Source: a virus. From it: a stretch of 36,353 bases of DNA. The notes below the pieces were generated by a model. The model saw nothing but the letters and a program-made list of their open reading frames with translations. It was not told the origin of the DNA and did not search any database. Location: the UHGV virus genome UHGV-0234394; one strand, written 5' to 3'. This document shows, piece by piece, positions 1 through 9,122 of the stretch (position 1 is the first letter of the stretch; each line of letters begins with the position of its first letter). A program made the translations under genes and the position numbers.

Positions 1-158
1 TCTAAGGCTCCTTTATCAACAAACGCCCATTTGCAAACTGCTGTTTAATCTGAAAAAACATTAATAATCATACAGATAACAACATAACCATTTAGACGGG
101 CAATACTGAAAAATTGTTATTCAGTATCGCCCTTTAAGCCGTTTCAGGCTATATAAAA

Positions 159-1163
159 TTAATCCCCCGTGGACACTGCGTGGACACTTACGCCACCTTT
201 CAGCGGATTAAGGGCCACCGCATCCTGCAGGTAATCCGGTGCAAAATGCGCATATGCCATTGTTTGCTGAATGGTTGCGTGACCAAGAATCTTCTGAAGC
301 GCAATAATGTTTCCTCCGTTCATCACAAAATGGCTGGCGAACGTATGCCGCAGCACATGTGCAGCCTGGCCTTTTGGTAAATCGGGCTTAACTCTTTTCA
401 GCGCCAGGCAGAATTCCCGGTACTTCACCTCAAACAAACCGCCTGTTTCTCTGGTTTTGATCGCCTCACAAACTGCCTGCGAAATTGGCACTGTTCTCTT
501 CCGGCCATTTTTGGTTTCAAGAAACGTTACACGGTTATGAACTATCTGTTCACCACGAAGCTTACAAGCTTCACTCCAGCGCGCCCCTGTGCTTAAACAC
601 AAAAGCGCAACACGCCAGTAGTCGCCCTCCAGTGTATCGAGCAATAGCGCCACTTCCTTCTGTGACAGGAACGCCATTTCTCGTGGAGATACATAAAGAA
701 TAGAAATTCCCCTTACTGGATGTTCTGCATCCCAAAGACCTATTTTTTTCAGCACGGTAAACATTCCGGATAACCGATTCATGTACCTGTTAGCAGATGA
801 CGGTTTCAATCCTTCAGCTATCTTTTGAGAACGCCACGCGATAATTTTCAGCTTATCAAGATCCACAGCCTGCATATCAGCGCCAAGCTCATTGATTATG
901 TTGCGCAGTTGTTTTCGGTCTTCTTCCGCCTTACGCCTGTGCTGGCCGTGATACATCCACCACAACTCAAGCAAATCATTTAGCGTTCGACGATCACGGT
1001 AGCCCTGTATATATTCCCGCTTTTCAGCGTTCGCCATGATGTAGCGTTCAGTGGCCACCGCTACCGATTTTTTGTCAAATACCTTACGCACGCGCTTTCC
1101 CTTGCGTCCGTTCGGCCTGATGTCCAGCAAATAACGACCATCTTCGAGCTTCTTAATCGACAT
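159..1163 (-). CDS. int: tyrosine integrase (P2 Int family)
   Basis: Track ORF 159..1178; C-terminal region has the tyrosine-recombinase signature (HVLRHTFASH ... LGH ... Y); start moved to the ATG preceded by GGAGG (protein begins MSIKKLEDG). Confidence 0.9.
   Translation of the reverse strand: MSIKKLEDGRYLLDIRPNGRKGKRVRKVFDKKSVAVATERYIMANAEKREYIQGYRDRRTLNDLLELWWMYHGQHRRKAEEDRKQLRNIINELGADMQAVDLDKLKIIAWRSQKIAEGLKPSSANRYMNRLSGMFTVLKKIGLWDAEHPVRGISILYVSPREMAFLSQKEVALLLDTLEGDYWRVALLCLSTGARWSEACKLRGEQIVHNRVTFLETKNGRKRTVPISQAVCEAIKTRETGGLFEVKYREFCLALKRVKPDLPKGQAAHVLRHTFASHFVMNGGNIIALQKILGHATIQQTMAYAHFAPDYLQDAVALNPLKGGVSVHAVSTGD
169..193. repeat. candidate attL core (gtggacactgcgtggacacttacgc), overlapping the last codons of int
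   Basis: About 22 of 25 positions shared (one 2-nt gap) with 35173-35195; contains an internal tandem GTGGACAC motif. Confidence 0.5.
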
Positions 1164-1259
1164 TACGAAGCCCTCCAATGAACCGCTCTACAATTTCTCC
1201 AGCCTCTTTCCAGCAATAATCAGACCAGACAAAAAGCAGGTCTAACCAGTTTTCTGGCC

Positions 1260-1580
1260 TCAGCGGGATAATTTTTGGATTGTTTCGGTTGAAACGCGAT
1301 CTCCCTCCGAATTGCAGGAACCATCAAGAGAGAGAGCCGGAGAAATTTGCCCGACCTCCGGCATCGTTTCATCTGTTGATAACCAATAAGCATACTTCTT
1401 AAATTTAGGGTGTTTCGTAACCTTAAGTAAGGCACCCTCTGTTACTTGCTTCCCCCTCACCTCATAGTTAGTTACCGTCCCATAAGGCAGCCCAACACAA
1501 TCCGCAAACTCCTGGCGGGTCATACCTTCTGCTTCACGAATCAGGCGAAATTTTTCACCCATGCTTGACAAAGATGCCAT
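1260..1580 (-). CDS. C: immunity repressor, P2 C-like
   Basis: Product resembles P2 C (GLPYGTVTNYE, KFKKYAYWLSTDE, GQISPALS); same strand as int and divergent from cox as in P2; start at the internal ATG giving MASLSSMGEK is my choice and is uncertain. Confidence 0.8.
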   Translation of the reverse strand: MASLSSMGEKFRLIREAEGMTRQEFADCVGLPYGTVTNYEVRGKQVTEGALLKVTKHPKFKKYAYWLSTDETMPEVGQISPALSLDGSCNSEGDRVSTETIQKLSR

Positions 1581-1693
1581 ATCGGGCATATCCTCCATCG
1601 CAACATGCCACATCGGGCACAAACATAAAAGCACTCAAATAAGCCGATATAAGCCATTTTGAGCCATTCGAACGAATTAGGGAGATTACCACA
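1581..1693. promoter_or_regulatory. C/cox divergent switch region with direct repeats (candidate operators)
   Basis: ATCGGGCA direct repeat at 1581-1588 and 1611-1618; three 10-bp phased repeats AAGCCGATAT/AAGCCATTTT/GAGCCATTCG at 1641-1670 just upstream of cox. Confidence 0.4.
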
Positions 1694-1981
1694 ATGAGCG
1701 AATCAGAGCTTGGGGGGTTCATTCAGGTAGCACCATATCCACTTGAAGCGGTGCCATATCAACTATTCGCCAAGATGATCGGCCGCAAGGAATCCACAGT
1801 CAGAACCATGATTGACGCAGCAAAGCTACCGACAATTGATTTTGTGAAACCAGGTTCAGTAAAGACGCGTGCATCAGAAAACTGGGTATATCTGCCAGCA
1901 TTTAACGAAGGCATGCGCAAAGCGTTTTTTGAGCAACCGAAAGAACGCCGCGACGCATGGTTGTTGTGGCTGGGACTTTAG
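1694..1981 (+). CDS. cox: Cox-like excisionase / early-promoter regulator
   Basis: 95 aa; strong resemblance to P2 Cox (WVYLPAFNEG, DAWLLWLGL at the C-terminus); SD GGGAGA upstream. Confidence 0.85.
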   Translation: MSESELGGFIQVAPYPLEAVPYQLFAKMIGRKESTVRTMIDAAKLPTIDFVKPGSVKTRASENWVYLPAFNEGMRKAFFEQPKERRDAWLLWLGL

Positions 1982-1987
1982 TCATAA

Positions 1988-2194
1988 ATGACCAGCCATA
2001 TCATCAGCGCCATTCTGACCCTTGTTTTTATTGAGATAGGCGTAATAGAGATCTATTTGTTTCGCAAGTTAACGGGACATGAAGAACGCTTTATTGAACT
2101 CAGCATTGAATATATCGCCGCTTATACCAAAGGACTTTTCCCGGCAGCTATTGGGGCGATGTTTATAGCGTTTGTTATCTGGTTTATCGGGTGA
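1988..2194 (+). CDS. small hydrophobic early protein (68 aa), unknown function
   Basis: Track ORF; two hydrophobic stretches; tightly packed after cox. Confidence 0.45.
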   Translation: MTSHIISAILTLVFIEIGVIEIYLFRKLTGHEERFIELSIEYIAAYTKGLFPAAIGAMFIAFVIWFIG

Positions 2195-2233
2195 GAAACC
2201 TGACAACCCACAACTACTGCAATGAGGGTAATT

Positions 2234-2341
2234 ATGTGTGGCATGGACAAATTGGACCTTATGTTAATTGTAATACTATCAATTAACTTCGGTTACCTCT
2301 TAAGCGGCGCAATTCTCATGTGCGGAGGCAAACGAAAATGA
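2234..2341 (+). CDS. small hydrophobic peptide (35 aa, MCGMDKLDLMLIVILSINFGYLLSGAILMCGGKRK)
   Basis: ATG at 2234 preceded by GAGGGT; single TM-like stretch with basic C-terminus; stop overlaps next ATG (ATGA). Confidence 0.3.
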   Translation: MCGMDKLDLMLIVILSINFGYLLSGAILMCGGKRK

Positions 2342-2445
2342 ACCAGCAGTCCGCAAAACGTGAAAACAATGCGATGCGATTTAATCGCAAATATTTTGAG
2401 TTCGGCCTCTATGCCGGAATAATTAAATCTGTACAGAGTCTTTAA
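2338..2445 (+). CDS. small ORF (35 aa), translationally coupled
   Basis: ATG at 2338 overlaps the preceding stop; ends 1 nt before the ATG at 2447. Confidence 0.25.
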   Translation: MNQQSAKRENNAMRFNRKYFEFGLYAGIIKSVQSL

Positions 2446-2446
2446 C

Positions 2447-2788
2447 ATGAAACAGCAACGTAATTCACGCTTTCGCAATGGTGCAGAACGCCACGCTAAC
2501 CGTTTTGCTACCAGTGCATCACGCAGCAACATCCGCTACAGCCTGAGTGATACACACGCAACGCCGGATGGCTACCCAGTAAAACAAATCGGCGAGCATG
2601 CCTGGCTGATTGAGAAAGCTGGAATCGTGATCCACAAATGCCCACGCAATCCGTTTACCGGAAACCGCATTTTTGCTCTAAGCAGTGGCGACAATCAGTT
2701 CGGGCAGGATTTCACATTATACGAAGCACTTCGCACGGTTGATCGTCTGCTTCGCGGGCAAAGTTTTATTAAACAGGCTGATTTATAA
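2447..2788 (+). CDS. hypothetical early protein (113 aa)
   Basis: Track ORF; in series with the early operon. Confidence 0.5.
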   Translation: MKQQRNSRFRNGAERHANRFATSASRSNIRYSLSDTHATPDGYPVKQIGEHAWLIEKAGIVIHKCPRNPFTGNRIFALSSGDNQFGQDFTLYEALRTVDRLLRGQSFIKQADL

Positions 2789-2798
2789 CAGGTGCTTT

Positions 2799-3086
2799 AT
2801 GACCAAAGACCATGCACAAGGTGTATTTATCCGTTTTATTGATTTTCGCGGTGAACTGTTATTACGTGCATCCGCTATTGACGGAGTAACTCCGGCGGGT
2901 AAAAACGGAGCCGACGAAGCCACTTACGTTTATCTGAACGGCACGCGACTGCTTGTGGAACTTCCGTACCAGACCGTACGAGAAATCATTAGCGAAGCTG
3001 AAAAGGCACGCCAGGTTAATGGCGATGAACCCTATATCGAAATTATTTGTATGGATTCAGAAGCTGAAATACAGAAAGCAGATTAA
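2799..3086 (+). CDS. hypothetical early protein (95 aa, MTKDHAQGVF...)
   Basis: In-frame ATG at 2799 within track ORF 2685..3086, chosen to avoid overlap with the upstream gene. Confidence 0.5.
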   Translation: MTKDHAQGVFIRFIDFRGELLLRASAIDGVTPAGKNGADEATYVYLNGTRLLVELPYQTVREIISEAEKARQVNGDEPYIEIICMDSEAEIQKAD

Positions 3087-3097
3087 AGGGCGTTGTG

Positions 3098-3340
3098 ATG
3101 GGCAAAGAATATAAAACTCTCATTAACAAAGCACTTGAGCGTTTTTATTTTCGCTTAAGTGCATCAGGCGCTCATGCTGAACGTGCGGCCCGTGACTCAT
3201 TGACCAGAGCAATCCGAAGTCTGTATGACGTGGCTTTTTACGCTGATGATCTGGATGCACTTAACGAACTTTCCGAGCTGATCTGTGCCGCAGAGTGCGG
3301 GGAACATATTGAACCGTATAAGCTGGGGAATATCGCATGA
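3098..3340 (+). CDS. hypothetical early protein (80 aa)
   Basis: Track ORF 3095..3340; ATG at 3098 preferred. Confidence 0.5.
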   Translation: MGKEYKTLINKALERFYFRLSASGAHAERAARDSLTRAIRSLYDVAFYADDLDALNELSELICAAECGEHIEPYKLGNIA

Positions 3341-3450
3341 GTATATTTATCTCATGGCTTGTTCTGATTATTTCGGTGGCCTGCGCTATTGGGATTATGC
3401 GAATTATTCATTCAATAAAAAAGATTGAACGCTTTTTCACTGGCGAATAA
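3337..3450 (+). CDS. small hydrophobic peptide (37 aa, MSIFISWLVLIISVACAIGIMRIIHSIKKIERFFTGE)
   Basis: ATG overlaps the preceding stop (ATGA); single TM-like segment followed by a basic tail. Confidence 0.3.
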   Translation: MSIFISWLVLIISVACAIGIMRIIHSIKKIERFFTGE

Positions 3451-3535
3451 CAGAGCAAATAAAACCACAAATTAAATAAGAAAATGTAAAACAATCCGCA
3501 TTCGCGGAGGTATTCGCACACGCCAAGGAGGCGTA

Positions 3536-3739
3536 ATGGCAATTAAGCATTTTCCTGTCGTTCGTTTTACCTCCAGAGGGCGTGAATACGAAGTCGACGA
3601 ACGCCTGATTACCACAATCGACAAACACCGTTCAGAAAAGGATGCACATCACATCTATCTCACTGACGGCACTTACTTCTGCGCCACGAATGTGGTGCGG
3701 GTGAACCTTATCCGACAGGTACAGGAGTCACGCAGATGA
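3536..3739 (+). CDS. hypothetical protein (67 aa)
   Basis: Track ORF with GGAGG 7 nt upstream of the ATG. Confidence 0.55.
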   Translation: MAIKHFPVVRFTSRGREYEVDERLITTIDKHRSEKDAHHIYLTDGTYFCATNVVRVNLIRQVQESRR

Positions 3740-3981
3740 CCATTCTGGACTATATCGCCGCCAATCCGGGGTGTAGCGGTGGAGAAATCGCCGCAGCACT
3801 GAATACCCCAACCACAGCCATTAATGCGGAGTTACGCCGACTCTGGCGCAGCGGTTCAGTCATAAGAAAAGAGCGCAAAACAGGCGGTCGCTTTTCTTAC
3901 CAGATAAACCCGATGCCGTTCGGGTGCGGCAATCCACTTACCAACATGTTTAACCAGCTACTGAAGGAAGCCAGAGCATGA
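3736..3981 (+). CDS. hypothetical protein (81 aa), possibly DNA-binding
   Basis: Track ORF; start overlaps upstream stop; helix-turn-helix-like impression only. Confidence 0.5.
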   Translation: MTILDYIAANPGCSGGEIAAALNTPTTAINAELRRLWRSGSVIRKERKTGGRFSYQINPMPFGCGNPLTNMFNQLLKEARA

Positions 3982-4277
3982 GCGCCATCAACCACCAGGA
4001 ATTACGCGAACTGGCGACTGACCTGCAACGAATGGCAACGCCTCAAAAATTACTGGCGTTTCGCGCAATGCTCTCGCCGTCTGCTGTGCTGGCGCTGCTG
4101 GATGAGCTGGAGCACGCCAGAACCACACCTCTCGCCATTCGCCTGACGCTCCGTCATGAAATCGAGGATTTCTGCGCGACGTTGGAGGCGCCAGGCGAAC
4201 CGGAAACGCCAGAAGCAATACAGCAAGAGCTGCTGCAACGCATTGACAAGGTTTTTGATTTTTTTCTGAACCACTAA
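3978..4277 (+). CDS. hypothetical acidic protein (99 aa)
   Basis: Track ORF; ATGA start/stop overlap with the upstream gene. Confidence 0.5.
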   Translation: MSAINHQELRELATDLQRMATPQKLLAFRAMLSPSAVLALLDELEHARTTPLAIRLTLRHEIEDFCATLEAPGEPETPEAIQQELLQRIDKVFDFFLNH

Positions 4278-4289
4278 GAAACCAGAACA

Positions 4290-4600
4290 TGCACACACAA
4301 AAAAACCGCTTGCCATGCCGCAATCAGTCAGGTTACATTTCCGCTGCACCTCACAAAACGGGTGCCGGGTTTCGCAGCCTGCTGACTACACAAGCGCACA
4401 ACCGCGCCAGCGGTTTTTTTGTGCGTACTGTATTGCCACGTTTTTTTCGCGTCAGAATTATGGCGGGGCGTACGGGGCCGACTTCGGTCGGGCCGGGTTC
4501 TTGTGTAGCCGGTACTGCGAACCTCGTACGTCTCGCCACCCACAGTTTCGCAGCTCTGGATGGTGAGTTTTCACAACTTACTACACAAGGGGCCACACCA
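4290..4600 (+). other. structured non-coding region (candidate regulatory RNA or terminator cluster)
   Basis: No credible ORF; perfect 15-bp inverted repeat cacaaaaaaaccgct (4296-4310) / agcggtttttttgtg (4409-4423); T7 runs; GC hairpin with a TTCG loop at about 4476-4496. Confidence 0.35.
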
Positions 4601-4830
4601 TGGCAAACCGCAAACCACACCGCGCTATCGCGGAGCGTCGTCACATCCAGACTGAAATCAACCGCAGACTTTCCCGCGCATCACGCGTCGCGCAAATCAT
4701 GCACATCAATATGCTGCATGAGCGCAGCCACGCACTATCAAACATTTATTCCGCCTCTGTTTTCAGCTATCTGGCGGATGATCTGCACGAGCTTCAACAG
4801 CTCATCCAGCAGCAAAACAAACTCCATTAA
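4600..4830 (+). CDS. hypothetical basic protein (76 aa)
   Basis: Track ORF. Confidence 0.45.
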   Translation: MANRKPHRAIAERRHIQTEINRRLSRASRVAQIMHINMLHERSHALSNIYSASVFSYLADDLHELQQLIQQQNKLH

Positions 4831-4902
4831 CTCCTGTTCCGGGCCTTTCCTGCACCTTGCGGCGGGAGGCCTTCGCACATCTGTAACAAGAGGATTGCCG
4901 CA

Positions 4903-5268
4903 ATGATTCTCGCCAACGACTTTCTTGAATACCTGCTCAACACAGAACGTGATCTTGCCGCTCGCGTGCGTGATCGTTATGACATGTACCTGAAATCCCT
5001 GCCTGTACCGCAGCTCGCTGACGGAAAGATTGTTATTGATGGTCGCTACATGATTGACAGCCACGAGGGAAATTACAGGCTTTACCGCATTGAAGGTGGC
5101 ACCCCGTCCGTTATTGGCATTTACCAGCGCCCATCCTCTGCAATCGTCGATGTGATTGCCGACAGCATCCGCATCACACATCGCCATGCCGACACAGAAG
5201 ACACCATGCTGGAAATTCAGCGGCTGGCTACAGTCTGCCGCGACACCCTGAATGGCATGACGAAGTAA
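4903..5268 (+). CDS. hypothetical protein (121 aa)
   Basis: Track ORF with AAGAGGA upstream; immediately precedes gene A. Confidence 0.5.
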   Translation: MILANDFLEYLLNTERDLAARVRDRYDMYLKSLPVPQLADGKIVIDGRYMIDSHEGNYRLYRIEGGTPSVIGIYQRPSSAIVDVIADSIRITHRHADTEDTMLEIQRLATVCRDTLNGMTK

Positions 5269-5274
5269 ATCACT

Positions 5275-8097
5275 ATGACGGCAGAGTACATCAGGGACTG
5301 GCAACAACCGCGCCACGCAGTGGGGCGTGAAGGAACGGGGATCCCCGCTCCTGAATCCGCGCTTTCCTCCTGGCTGGATGCCTACCGGGTAGAGAACGAG
5401 CACCGCCAGGAAATGGCTGATGCGGCGTTCTCCGCAACGCCGCTGGGCAACCTGATTAATAAAAGCCTGGACGCACAGGAAAAACAGGACAAAACCATCA
5501 CACTGGCAGGAGATGCCAGAAAACAGGCACGCGGCGCGGTGGATGAAGCCATGGCCTCGCTGCGCCTGCTGCCGTCCTATCTGCGCGATCCGCTTATTCG
5601 CCACCTCTCCTTCCTGTGCAAAAAACAGGAAGCCGATCGTCAGAAAGGCAAAAAGAGCTGGCAGGCTGAACGCTACGCGCGCGGAAACCTGCGCAAAATA
5701 TTCGAACGTCTGGAGCGCACCGATCACCGCTGGCTGACACAGGGTTATCGCTCCCTTGCCGGACGCGAACGCCTGGACGATTTGCTTTACCTGCCGCAGC
5801 TCAACAAACACCAGATACAGACACTGGCCACCATGACGGCGGCGATGTTCAGCAGCACCTTCGAAAAACTCTGCGATGGCTTTGGCGCGACCGATGGCGA
5901 ACTGACCATGGATGTAACACTGAAGGCGTATCAGATGCTGGCCCGCATGGCGTTACACCTGCACGCCATGCCTCCACATTATGACGCACTGACAACAGAC
6001 AAAGACCGGAGGAACGAACCGGACACGGAGCTGCTGCCGGGCGCAATCCTTCGCCTGACCTGTGCAGAATGGTGGAAACGCAAACTGTGGCTGTTACGTT
6101 GCGAGTGGAGAGAAGAACAACTCCGCGCCGCCTGTCTGGTTTCCAGAAAAACATCGCCCTATCTGAGCCAGGACGCGTTAAGCGAGTTTCGCGCACAGCG
6201 CGAGAAAACACGCGATTTCCTGAAAAGTTTCATGCTGGAAAATGAAGACGGGTTCACGATTGATCTCGAGACGGTGTATTACGCGGGAGTAAGTAACCCG
6301 GTTCACCGTAAGGCAGAAATGATGGCCACCATGAAGGGGCTGGAACTTCTGGCCGAAGCCCGTGGCGACAAAGCGGTGTTTCTGACTGTCACCTGCCCGT
6401 CAAAATACCACGCCACAACAGAGAACGGTCATCCGAATCCCAAATGGAACGGGGCCACCATGCGCGACTCCAGCGATTACCTGGTTAACACGTTTTTTGC
6501 GGCGGTCCGCAAAAAACTGAACCGCGACGGTCTTCGCTGGTATGGCATCCGCACGGTGGAGCCTCACCATGACGGCACCGTGCACTGGCATATGATGGTC
6601 TTTGCTCATCCGGAAGAAATCGACAGCATCGTGGCCATCACCCGCGATATTGCCATTCAGGAAGACCGCCACGAGCTGGGCAATGATATTACTCCGCGCT
6701 TTAAGGCGGAGTATGTCGACGGCTCAAAAGGCACACCAACCAGCTATATCGCGACCTACATCGGAAAGAACCTGGACAGCCGCGCCGTGGATGGCATCGA
6801 CCCGAAAACGGGCAAGCCACGCGTTGACCACGAAACCGGAAAATCAATGGCCGAGAGTGTGGAGCGCGCCATCGGCTGGGCGCGCCTTCATCGGGTCCGC
6901 CAGTTCCAGTTCTTTGGCATCCCCTCCCGTCAGGTGTGGCGTGAACTGCGCCGCCTTGCCAGCCAGATGGCACGCAACCCGGAAGGCCCGCAACGACTGA
7001 AAGATGACGCAATGGATGCGGTACTCGCTGCCGCCGATGCCGGGTGTTTTGCCACCTACATTGAAAAACAGGGCGGCGTACTTGTTCCACGCAAAGACTA
7101 CCTGATTCGCACCGCCTACGACCTCGCAGATGAGCTGAATGATTACGGCGAACAGAGCGTACAGATTTACGGGATCTGGTCACCACTCATCGGGGAATCC
7201 TCCCGTGTGTGCACGCATCCGGATAACTGGAAACTGGTAAGACGTAAACCGGAAACGGAAGACAGCGCCCGCGAAAATGGTTTTGACCTTCAGGGCGGCC
7301 CTGCCGCCCCTTGGACTCGTGGCAATAACTGTCCCCGTGTACAGGAAACGGACAACAACGGGACAGAACAGCCGGAAGAACGGCCAGCACCGTGGCCGCA
7401 GCTCCCTGACGGCGTTGATGTGGATGAATGGATGCGCTCACTGAAACGGCACGAACGCCGGGCGCTGATGCGTTCGCTTCGTGACAAACAGGCAAAAAAC
7501 AGCAGTGATGAAATGCAGAGCTGGACACAGAGCCGCAAACAGCAGCGGCCTTTGCCTGATAACCACGAATTACTCGCTAAAGAATGGCGGGAGTCTGCTG
7601 AATCTCTCGGCCTGCATATCGGTGAACAACAGATGCAGCACCTGTTACGGGGCGGCAGTCTGTACGTTGACGGCAGCATCATTGCACCGCAGGGATTTGA
7701 AATTGTACGCAAACCGGATACTCGCCCGGACAGCCGAATCACGCAGCTCTGGCAGCGCCTGAGCCGTAATCACGGCGTAAGTAGCACGGAGATCCGCCAT
7801 AACCCGGTCGCCAGCTATCTGGAACAGCTGGAGGCATCAGACCCCGAAGCCGCCGCACGCCTGGCATCCACACTTCAGCAGGACCAGAACACCATGAAAA
7901 CACCCGTTACCGTGCTTTCTGACATGCTGCGCGCCATCCGCGACGCAGAGCACGCACAGAGAATCAGTGAAACCACTGAACGCGCCCGCCGCAAAGCAGA
8001 CCTGCTGCGGGGTGGCCTGACCAGTGGAAACAAAAAACAGACAGAAACGGGACTCACGAATCCCGTAAATGAGCAAAAAACGCGCAGCGATATATGA
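5275..8097 (+). CDS. A: rolling-circle replication initiator endonuclease (P2 gpA family), long form of 940 aa
   Basis: HUH-type motif in TVHWHMMVFAH and paired tyrosines in YIATYIGK; position after the early genes as in P2. Confidence 0.85.
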   Translation: MTAEYIRDWQQPRHAVGREGTGIPAPESALSSWLDAYRVENEHRQEMADAAFSATPLGNLINKSLDAQEKQDKTITLAGDARKQARGAVDEAMASLRLLPSYLRDPLIRHLSFLCKKQEADRQKGKKSWQAERYARGNLRKIFERLERTDHRWLTQGYRSLAGRERLDDLLYLPQLNKHQIQTLATMTAAMFSSTFEKLCDGFGATDGELTMDVTLKAYQMLARMALHLHAMPPHYDALTTDKDRRNEPDTELLPGAILRLTCAEWWKRKLWLLRCEWREEQLRAACLVSRKTSPYLSQDALSEFRAQREKTRDFLKSFMLENEDGFTIDLETVYYAGVSNPVHRKAEMMATMKGLELLAEARGDKAVFLTVTCPSKYHATTENGHPNPKWNGATMRDSSDYLVNTFFAAVRKKLNRDGLRWYGIRTVEPHHDGTVHWHMMVFAHPEEIDSIVAITRDIAIQEDRHELGNDITPRFKAEYVDGSKGTPTSYIATYIGKNLDSRAVDGIDPKTGKPRVDHETGKSMAESVERAIGWARLHRVRQFQFFGIPSRQVWRELRRLASQMARNPEGPQRLKDDAMDAVLAAADAGCFATYIEKQGGVLVPRKDYLIRTAYDLADELNDYGEQSVQIYGIWSPLIGESSRVCTHPDNWKLVRRKPETEDSARENGFDLQGGPAAPWTRGNNCPRVQETDNNGTEQPEERPAPWPQLPDGVDVDEWMRSLKRHERRALMRSLRDKQAKNSSDEMQSWTQSRKQQRPLPDNHELLAKEWRESAESLGLHIGEQQMQHLLRGGSLYVDGSIIAPQGFEIVRKPDTRPDSRITQLWQRLSRNHGVSSTEIRHNPVASYLEQLEASDPEAAARLASTLQQDQNTMKTPVTVLSDMLRAIRDAEHAQRISETTERARRKADLLRGGLTSGNKKQTETGLTNPVNEQKTRSDI

Positions 8098-8173
8098 AGC
8101 GCGCACAAAACAGGCAAAAGCGGGATTTAAAAATCCTGTAACCGATTAATTAATCAACATAAGGAAAAGCGAC

Positions 8174-8338
8174 ATGAAAATTTGTATCGACGACGGCTCC
8201 ACCAACATCAAGCTGGCATGGACGCACTGTCGCCCTGCATGGAGAAAAACAATAAAAAAGATGAATAACTGCTCATGTCAGACGCGCTGCGGGCAAGTCT
8301 GGCACCCTGCCCTGTTTCCGCAAAGGCTGTTGTCTTAA
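8174..8338 (+). pseudogene. remnant of a ParM/StbA-like actin-type ATPase gene (N-terminal 16 codons only)
   Basis: 54-codon ORF begins MKICIDDGSTNIKLAW, matching the ParM N-terminus (MLVFIDDGSTNIKLQW) as I recall it, then diverges. Confidence 0.35.
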
Positions 8339-8358
8339 CACGACAGAGTATGCCAGCA

Positions 8359-8766
8359 TTAAATATAATCTTCTTCGTAGTCGCTGATTAATTCATTGCC
8401 ATAATCAGACAGCAATTTCAAAGCAAAGGTAACTTCCTCAAGGGTAGCTATCCCCATTGCTGAAAACACCGTTAATTTAACCAGCAGCAGGGAGTTTGAA
8501 AGTTCGGAAGAGTTCATCATTAAAAATATTGATGCAGCCTGAAAAGCTGTGCGTTTATTCCCATCATGAAAGGCATGAGCCTTGGCTATACCAATCAAAT
8601 ACATAGCAGCCAGAGCATGAATATCATCAACCCCTTCATAGTAGTGTAGTGTCCTGACGCGATTTAAAGCACCTTCAAGTAGCCCGTCATTGGCATTTCC
8701 GCTCTGGGGTAAAGTTTCAGCATGGATACGTTCTACTTGTTCTTTTGACAAAAACACTATGTCCAT
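8359..8766 (-). CDS. Doc/Fic-family toxin (death-on-curing type)
   Basis: 135 aa with Doc-type motif HAFHDGNKRTA; start overlaps the stop of the upstream antitoxin gene; AT-rich. Confidence 0.8.
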   Translation of the reverse strand: MDIVFLSKEQVERIHAETLPQSGNANDGLLEGALNRVRTLHYYEGVDDIHALAAMYLIGIAKAHAFHDGNKRTAFQAASIFLMMNSSELSNSLLLVKLTVFSAMGIATLEEVTFALKLLSDYGNELISDYEEDYI

Positions 8767-9122
8767 CAGTTATCCTCAAGCTTTTTAATGATATCCGCAT
8801 GTTTTTCTCTTGTACGCTTCATTGCATCTTCAAAAGACAATCCTTTTTTTCTCTGTGCGACAAGAGCTGGATGACGTTTTTCCAGATCTCTCACTGCATT
8901 TATTAAGAGTGGTTGCTTCATTTTGTTTATTTGATCCCGCAGTTTTTTGGTTTTGCCAAGGACAGCCCGTATTTCAGGACTAAGATCAGAACCAGCAAGA
9001 ACAACATCCTTCCCTCCCTGCGCAGTGATAACGACACTGCCACCGGAAGAAAGGTAATCCAGAATTTCACTCAGGTTCTCACGAAATTCATCATCAGTTA
9101 CAGTTTTCATATTCATTTCCAT
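8766..9122 (-). CDS. Phd/YefM-like antitoxin
   Basis: 118 aa; N-terminal region (FRENLSEILDYLSSGGSVVITAQGGKDVVL) has the Phd/YefM pattern; first gene of the two-gene operon. Confidence 0.65.
   Translation of the reverse strand: MEMNMKTVTDDEFRENLSEILDYLSSGGSVVITAQGGKDVVLAGSDLSPEIRAVLGKTKKLRDQINKMKQPLLINAVRDLEKRHPALVAQRKKGLSFEDAMKRTREKHADIIKKLEDN

Noticed and set aside
4290-4600. Retron msr/msd locus suggested by the flanking 15-bp inverted repeat
   Set aside because: No reverse transcriptase gene anywhere in the window; the inverted repeat alone is insufficient.
4289-4906. 205-aa plus-strand ORF spanning the structured non-coding region
   Set aside because: Runs through inverted repeats and T-runs, overlaps the better-supported 76-aa ORF in another frame, and has no SD.
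4738-5811. 357-aa minus-strand ORF antisense to the 121-aa early gene and the start of gene A
   Set aside because: Cys/Arg/His-rich, low-complexity translation typical of an antisense frame in GC-rich coding DNA; the plus-strand genes have clear family features.
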